Positions 58,973 to 64,000 of a DNA stretch of 64,000 bases are shown piece after piece. Origin of the DNA: Paraphysomonas bandaiensis. Taxonomy: Eukaryota; Protista; Chrysophyceae. The stretch lies in contig CBFFRP010000217.1 in NCBI GenBank assembly GCA_965644295.1, forward strand, positions 415,885-479,884. Direction: 5' to 3'. The notes beneath the pieces are model-generated. The model worked only from the letters and a program-made list of their open reading frames with translations. It was not told the DNA's origin and searched no databases. The translations under genes were made by a program, and so were the position numbers. Numbering within the stretch: the stretch's first letter is position 1; every line of letters begins with the position of its first letter.

Positions 58973-60394
58973 ATGATTCGACAACAACAACTTCTATCAT
59001 GTATAGTGTCGTTACTCTTTGCATTGTACGCACAGTGCAATATCGCTAACGCTGTAAGAGTTCAAAACACACCAAAGAGATGGTTGCTAACAGACGTTAA
59101 TTCTCCCACCCCTGTTCCTACTACGGACTTTGTGGCCCCTACTACTCCAGTTCCGAAGAAGTTGACATCTCCAACCCCTGTTCCAACTGCGGACTTTGTG
59201 GCCCCTACTACTCCAGTTCCGAAGAAGTTGACATCTCCTACCCCTGTTCCAACTGCGGATTTTGTGGCCCCTACTACCCCAGTTCCGAAGAAGTTGACAT
59301 CTCCTACCCCTGTTCCAACTGCGGATTTTGTGGCCCCTACTACCCCAGTTCCGAAGAAGTTGACATCTCCTACCCCTGTTCCAACTGCGGATTTTGTGGC
59401 CCCTACTACCCCAGTTCCGAAGAAGTTGACATCTCCTACCCCTGTTCCAACTGCGGATTTTGTGGCCCCTACTACCCCAGTTCCGAAGAAGTTGACATCT
59501 CCCACCCCTGTTCCTACTACGGACTTTGTGGCCCCTACTACTCCAGTTCCGAAGAAGTTGACATCTCCAACCCCTGTTCCAACTGCGGATTTTGTGGCCC
59601 CTACTACCCCAGTTCCGAAGAAGTTGACATCTCCTACCCCTGTTCCAACTGCGGACTTTGTGGCCCCTACTACCCCAGTTCCGAAGAAGTTGACATCTCC
59701 TACCCCTGTTCCAACTGCGGACTTTGTGGCCCCTACTACTCCAGTTCCGAAGAAGTTGACATCTCCTACCCCTGTTCCAACTGCGGATTTTGTGGCCCCT
59801 ACTACCCCAGTTCCGAAGAAGTTGACATCTCCTACCCCTGTGACAACTGCGGACTTTGTGGCCCCTACTACTCCAGTTCCGAAGAAGTTGACATCTCCTA
59901 CCCCTGTTCCAACTGCGGATTTTGTGGCCCCTACTACCCCAGTTCCGAAGAAGTTGACATCTCCTACCCCTGTTCCAACTGCGGACTTTGTGGCCCCTAC
60001 TACTCCAGTTCCGAAGAAGTTGACTTCTCCACCATCCCCAGATCCGAAGTTACTTCGACACAAGGGTCATGTTAGTATGCATCATAGAGTGGGAAATAAT
60101 CATTCTCATCCCGGACGGGGTAATATTAGTCATATTCATGCGGTGACGTACCCAACACCAGCCAAGAATTATAGTAGTGCTTATACTAGTATATATTCCA
60201 GTGCATATACCAGGGATAGGGCTCCAGATGACCCTGCGCTTAGCCATTCAAAGACCCCCATTAGAACTGTAGTTGGACCAGAGATAGCTTATCACACCGA
60301 ACCGGCGGTAGATGAAATACGCTCCGTTCCGCTATGGGTAATTTTGGGATGCTTTGGCGTTCTCATTGCACTTGCTGTGAGGCTATGGCGGTGA
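58973..60394 (+). CDS. Mucin-like type I membrane protein (signal peptide, Thr/Pro repeats, C-terminal TM helix)
   Basis: Signal peptide MIRQQQLLSCIVSLLFALYAQC; 14 x TSPTPVPTADFVAPTTPVPKKL; His-rich linker; TM VPLWVILGCFGVLIALAV followed by RLWR. Confidence 0.8.
   Translation: MIRQQQLLSCIVSLLFALYAQCNIANAVRVQNTPKRWLLTDVNSPTPVPTTDFVAPTTPVPKKLTSPTPVPTADFVAPTTPVPKKLTSPTPVPTADFVAPTTPVPKKLTSPTPVPTADFVAPTTPVPKKLTSPTPVPTADFVAPTTPVPKKLTSPTPVPTADFVAPTTPVPKKLTSPTPVPTTDFVAPTTPVPKKLTSPTPVPTADFVAPTTPVPKKLTSPTPVPTADFVAPTTPVPKKLTSPTPVPTADFVAPTTPVPKKLTSPTPVPTADFVAPTTPVPKKLTSPTPVTTADFVAPTTPVPKKLTSPTPVPTADFVAPTTPVPKKLTSPTPVPTADFVAPTTPVPKKLTSPPSPDPKLLRHKGHVSMHHRVGNNHSHPGRGNISHIHAVTYPTPAKNYSSAYTSIYSSAYTRDRAPDDPALSHSKTPIRTVVGPEIAYHTEPAVDEIRSVPLWVILGCFGVLIALAVRLWR
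59099..60022 (+). repeat. Coding tandem repeat, 14 x 66 bp
   Basis: Near-identical units differing mostly at synonymous positions. Confidence 0.95.
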
Positions 60395-60799
60395 GCAATT
60401 CTATGTTTATCATTGCTTGTATAATATTTCCTCAATACAGGGTGGATATTTGCAGTCGTCATAGGAGCAGATTGGGGATATAGATACATAGATATACGAG
60501 CCATTTGCTGACAAGATCATGTATATTTATTACCTTGATTAGATGATTAGATGTATATATGCACTCTGCAAGAAGCACACGAAGACACAATATGCATTTC
60601 GTATGGCATTTGTGTGAGGTGTAAGCTATAAAAACTTCACAATTTTTAGATAGAAGCTTGCTTTGACTGAATCACTTACACAAATGATTGTCACTGAACC
60701 ACGTTTACTAGGCGAAACAAAAGTATACAAAAAAACGGGGGGGGGGACGAGGGAGGCCTCTTTTCTAAAATTTCCTAGGAATGAGAAATACTCAGAATC

Positions 60800-63700
60800 C
60801 TGATGATCCTCTCCCAGAAAATAGGCATCATCATAGAATCATCCAAGAACATGCCCGACAAATAGGCCAGTTGGTGTTCCTGGATAACCAGTCTGCTAAC
60901 CAATTCTGTGCTCCAGAAATATGTCGGATTTTAAAATTGAATGATTGCAAGAATGTTCTCATCCTAGCAATTTTGGTACCTCTGGCAGCTTCCATCCAGA
61001 GCAAATTGTTATGGTCTGTTTCTATTGTAAACTGCTTTCCAACTAAGTAATACATAGCTGTTTAACCGAATAGTAGATACCGTAGCCCTCCTGCTCTATA
61101 GTAGCCCATTTCATTGCTTGCTCTGAAAACTTTTTAGAGATAAAGGCAATAGGTTGCAATTGAGCTTCTCCTGACGGTAATATCTTCCGTTGTAGTAGTA
61201 CAGAACCTATACCTAGCTCACTTGCATCAGTCGTAAAATCACTCTAACTCATAATCAGGGTAGAAGGCTCACACGCATCTTGTAAACCTTTATGAAACGT
61301 TTGTACTCAGCTTCATAATCATGACGCCAAGTAGATTTATTCCAATTGAAAGATTTCTTAGTGAGGTCCGTTAAATGACCTACTAAGTCAGAATACTTTG
61401 GCGTGAAGCTGGAAGAAAACTCCCTTGCCTAGCAGAGATCTAGCTTGTTTAGTCGATGATGGCATAGGTATGTTTTGCCAAGGCTTCCTTTTATCCGGAC
61501 ACACTTCATACGGTTTGTGTTTGCACACATATCAAAAAAATTAACTTTCTTAAAACCAGAGCCAGCTCTTAGCCATTTTCAACTTTATGTTTCTCTCCAG
61601 ACATCTGTCAATAACTCGTTCCAACTTTTCATAAGCATCCTGGGGATCGTTGGCTAGTATTAGCATATTATCAAAGATAACGATAGCCCAGTCTGAAAAA
61701 TCGGCAAATATCTCCCGAACAACCTCTTGCAGAACACCAGTAGCAGGAGCTATACCCTCTGGCATGAAATTAGGTGCAAACTGTCCCCATGGCGTTTGAA
61801 TGGACAATTTCTCGGAAGTTTCCTCATCTAAAGGTATTTGATGAAACGCATTTGTAAGATCTATATCCAAATAATATGGAAAATTAATGATCTTGTCAAG
61901 TTCATGTTTGACATTGGGAATAGTGTAGTTTCCCACATGCATGTGATCATTTATCTTAACGTAATCCCCACAAAATCGAATATAAGGAGGTGTAGCCTTG
62001 GGCGCTACTACAAGACAAGAAGCCCATGGCGATCTACTCTTCCGGTAAAAATACCCACACAGACGACGAAATTCTTTCTCTGAGGCTTCCCATAGTTTTG
62101 GATTAATAGGCCTCGCCTTGGGTTTGATCCGATCCGGAAGTGTATCTTTCCACTTAATTTTTAAAGGTTCAACACCTTTTACACCAGACCACTCATCTGG
62201 TACAAAGACTTTAACCGCTTTAGTTCGTAGGAGATGCATCACATTTGTTTGTTCCTTCATCTCGCTACTAACATGGGTCTCCAACAACTGTTCATAGTCT
62301 TTTAAAGCTTCCGCTCTAGTCTTTCCTAAGAATACCAAAGCTTCTTTAAATTGAACCGGCAATTCGGAATCCTCTTCTTCCGGTGCAATTTGAGTACTCG
62401 CTTTAGACCATGGTTCCACTATTTGTCCATGCTCTAAACCAGACAAATCATCATGAGTCGAAATCTTCTTGGCATCTGTTTCTATCTCATAAGATGTTTG
62501 TTCAAAAGCATGCCTCATCAGTTCACACATAAAGGGATATAAAGTACCAGTAAGTGCCGGCAATCCAAGTATGACATCATTATGTTTCATGTCAATAATT
62601 AAAAAATCCCCTTTGAACTGATACTGTTTTCCATAAGGGTCAGCCAACAAAAGATTGAGTCTGACTCCTTGTGTGACTGTTTTTATAGTAGTACTATCCG
62701 CCAATACTACTCTATGATTCGCATCGTATAAAAATTCGGGGTTTAGCTCTGGCATTAAACTCTCAACCAGACCCCTAGACACATAGTTGGCTGAAAGCGC
62801 TCCCGTATCGCAAAGTACGGTGATCAATTTTTCCGAATTCTCTCTCATATTATTGTTCATTATTAGCCTAGCTACAGTATGTGCTGATGTCATTTTTCGC
62901 GTATTAGGAAAGCAAGCATACAGCTTAGCTTGCCCCTCGGTTTGCACAGAACACAATGCCGCCGTGAATGTAGACTCTTCAAATTGTAAGCAACAATCGT
63001 CATCCCCGTCACACCCATTAACTACACTGACATCCTGCGCTCCCCGCACGCAATGGTCCTTCCATCAAGGTCGGGAATCACCGAAGCGATCCCTTCTCAA
63101 GATAGAAGTTGGATTGGATCTACCAGTGGAACCATCCTCAGCTTTCAGGAAAGCATTGAGCTTATCCCTCATCTCAACAGCCGAGGTTCTCAAGCACTGA
63201 GAATTGTGGTTGTATTTGCACTGTGGCTTGTTGCATTTCCCATACAACATCTGCCTCAGGCAACCGAATTTCTCAACTCTCGAACTCGTATCACCAGCAG
63301 GTTTATCCTGAGAAGAAGCCATAAAAGAAACCTCTTGCTCATTAACAACTGCTGTGGGATCAGGTTCCAGATCCTGCGATGATGTAACGTCCTTGGCTGA
63401 GCCACGACGTAAATCAATGTTACCCTCTTCATCATCTGAAGAACTAGGGTATTCGAGATTTATCTGCTCCGGACCTCGATCAAAATCCGAATCATCAGAA
63501 ACATATCCATCAATGTGAGTGAGAGCATGTGAATCTCTGTTATTCCGATGATCATAGTCCTTGTAAGAAGTAGACCGCATCGGAGACGGATGTTTCTCAT
63601 TATTCTTGGAAAACAAATCCCTTTTCCGTTTGTTGTACTCATCAAGTTTGTTTTTAGCCTCAATGTTAGCCTCAAACGGTAACTGACGAGCTGCTAAGCA

Positions 63701-64000
63701 AATCTGATAATGATCTACTAAAATAGCCGTAAATTCATCGAAGAACTCGTTCATCGTGTCAAACTGTAGTTTATTCATGCACCCAAAGACATAACGAACA
63801 TAATCCCTATCGTTCAAGTTTTTGAATAGTCTTACGAGCCCATATTCTTTGTCATCTACTCTTGGACACCAATCCTTATTAAACTCCAACATAATGGATA
63901 ACATGGTTCGAAACAAATCAATAAGTTTCAACTGTTGGAAGTAAAACTGTTCGAACGTGACAGTTGTCACTTTCCTCCACTCCATAATCTTTATGTGTCT
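60800..64000 (-). mobile_element. Ty3/Gypsy LTR retrotransposon, decayed (gag, protease, RT, frameshifted RNase H; no integrase seen); 5' part lies beyond the window
   Basis: Protease CDTGA; RT SPWASCLVV..K, RFCGDY, IDLTNAFHQIPL, MPEG, IFDN; RNase H TDASELGIG and FTIETDHNNL...IRHISGAQNWLADWLSR; frameshifts after ~61550. Confidence 0.9.

Noticed and set aside
59062-60063. 333-aa antisense ORF over the mucin repeat
   Set aside because: Artefact of a stop-free 66-bp repeat; the + strand carries the signal peptide and TM helix.
60730-60760. G-run as the polypurine tract of the Gypsy element
   Set aside because: Wrong strand for a minus-strand element, and no LTR could be identified next to it.

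Overview
Eukaryotic nuclear DNA with short GT-AG introns, probably from a flagellated stramenopile (inferred from RSP3, a CryptonS-type recombinase and a Crinkler-like gene). Host genes: a WD40 protein, INCENP, an AN1/ubiquitin-like protein, RSP3, a large WW/ankyrin protein, a bacterial-type SAM methyltransferase, ATR kinase, a cyclin Y-like protein, a MAP2K, a CBS-domain protein and a Thr/Pro-repeat membrane mucin. Mobile and repeat content: an intact Ty1/Copia element (identical 265-bp LTRs, GTCTA target-site duplication, non-TG..CA ends), a decayed Ty3/Gypsy element (FDN RT motif, CCCH Gag, in-frame TGA between gag and pol), a modular family of hairpin-rich dispersed repeats and a 214-bp foldback. 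The most striking structure is a ~4.6-kb cassette (10175-14830). It is bounded by two identical, convergent tRNA-Leu(CAA) genes and holds a Crinkler-like PD-(D/E)xK nuclease gene facing an internally deleted Crypton tyrosine recombinase, much like a prokaryotic tRNA-anchored island. All calls come from reading the sequence by eye; no searches were run.
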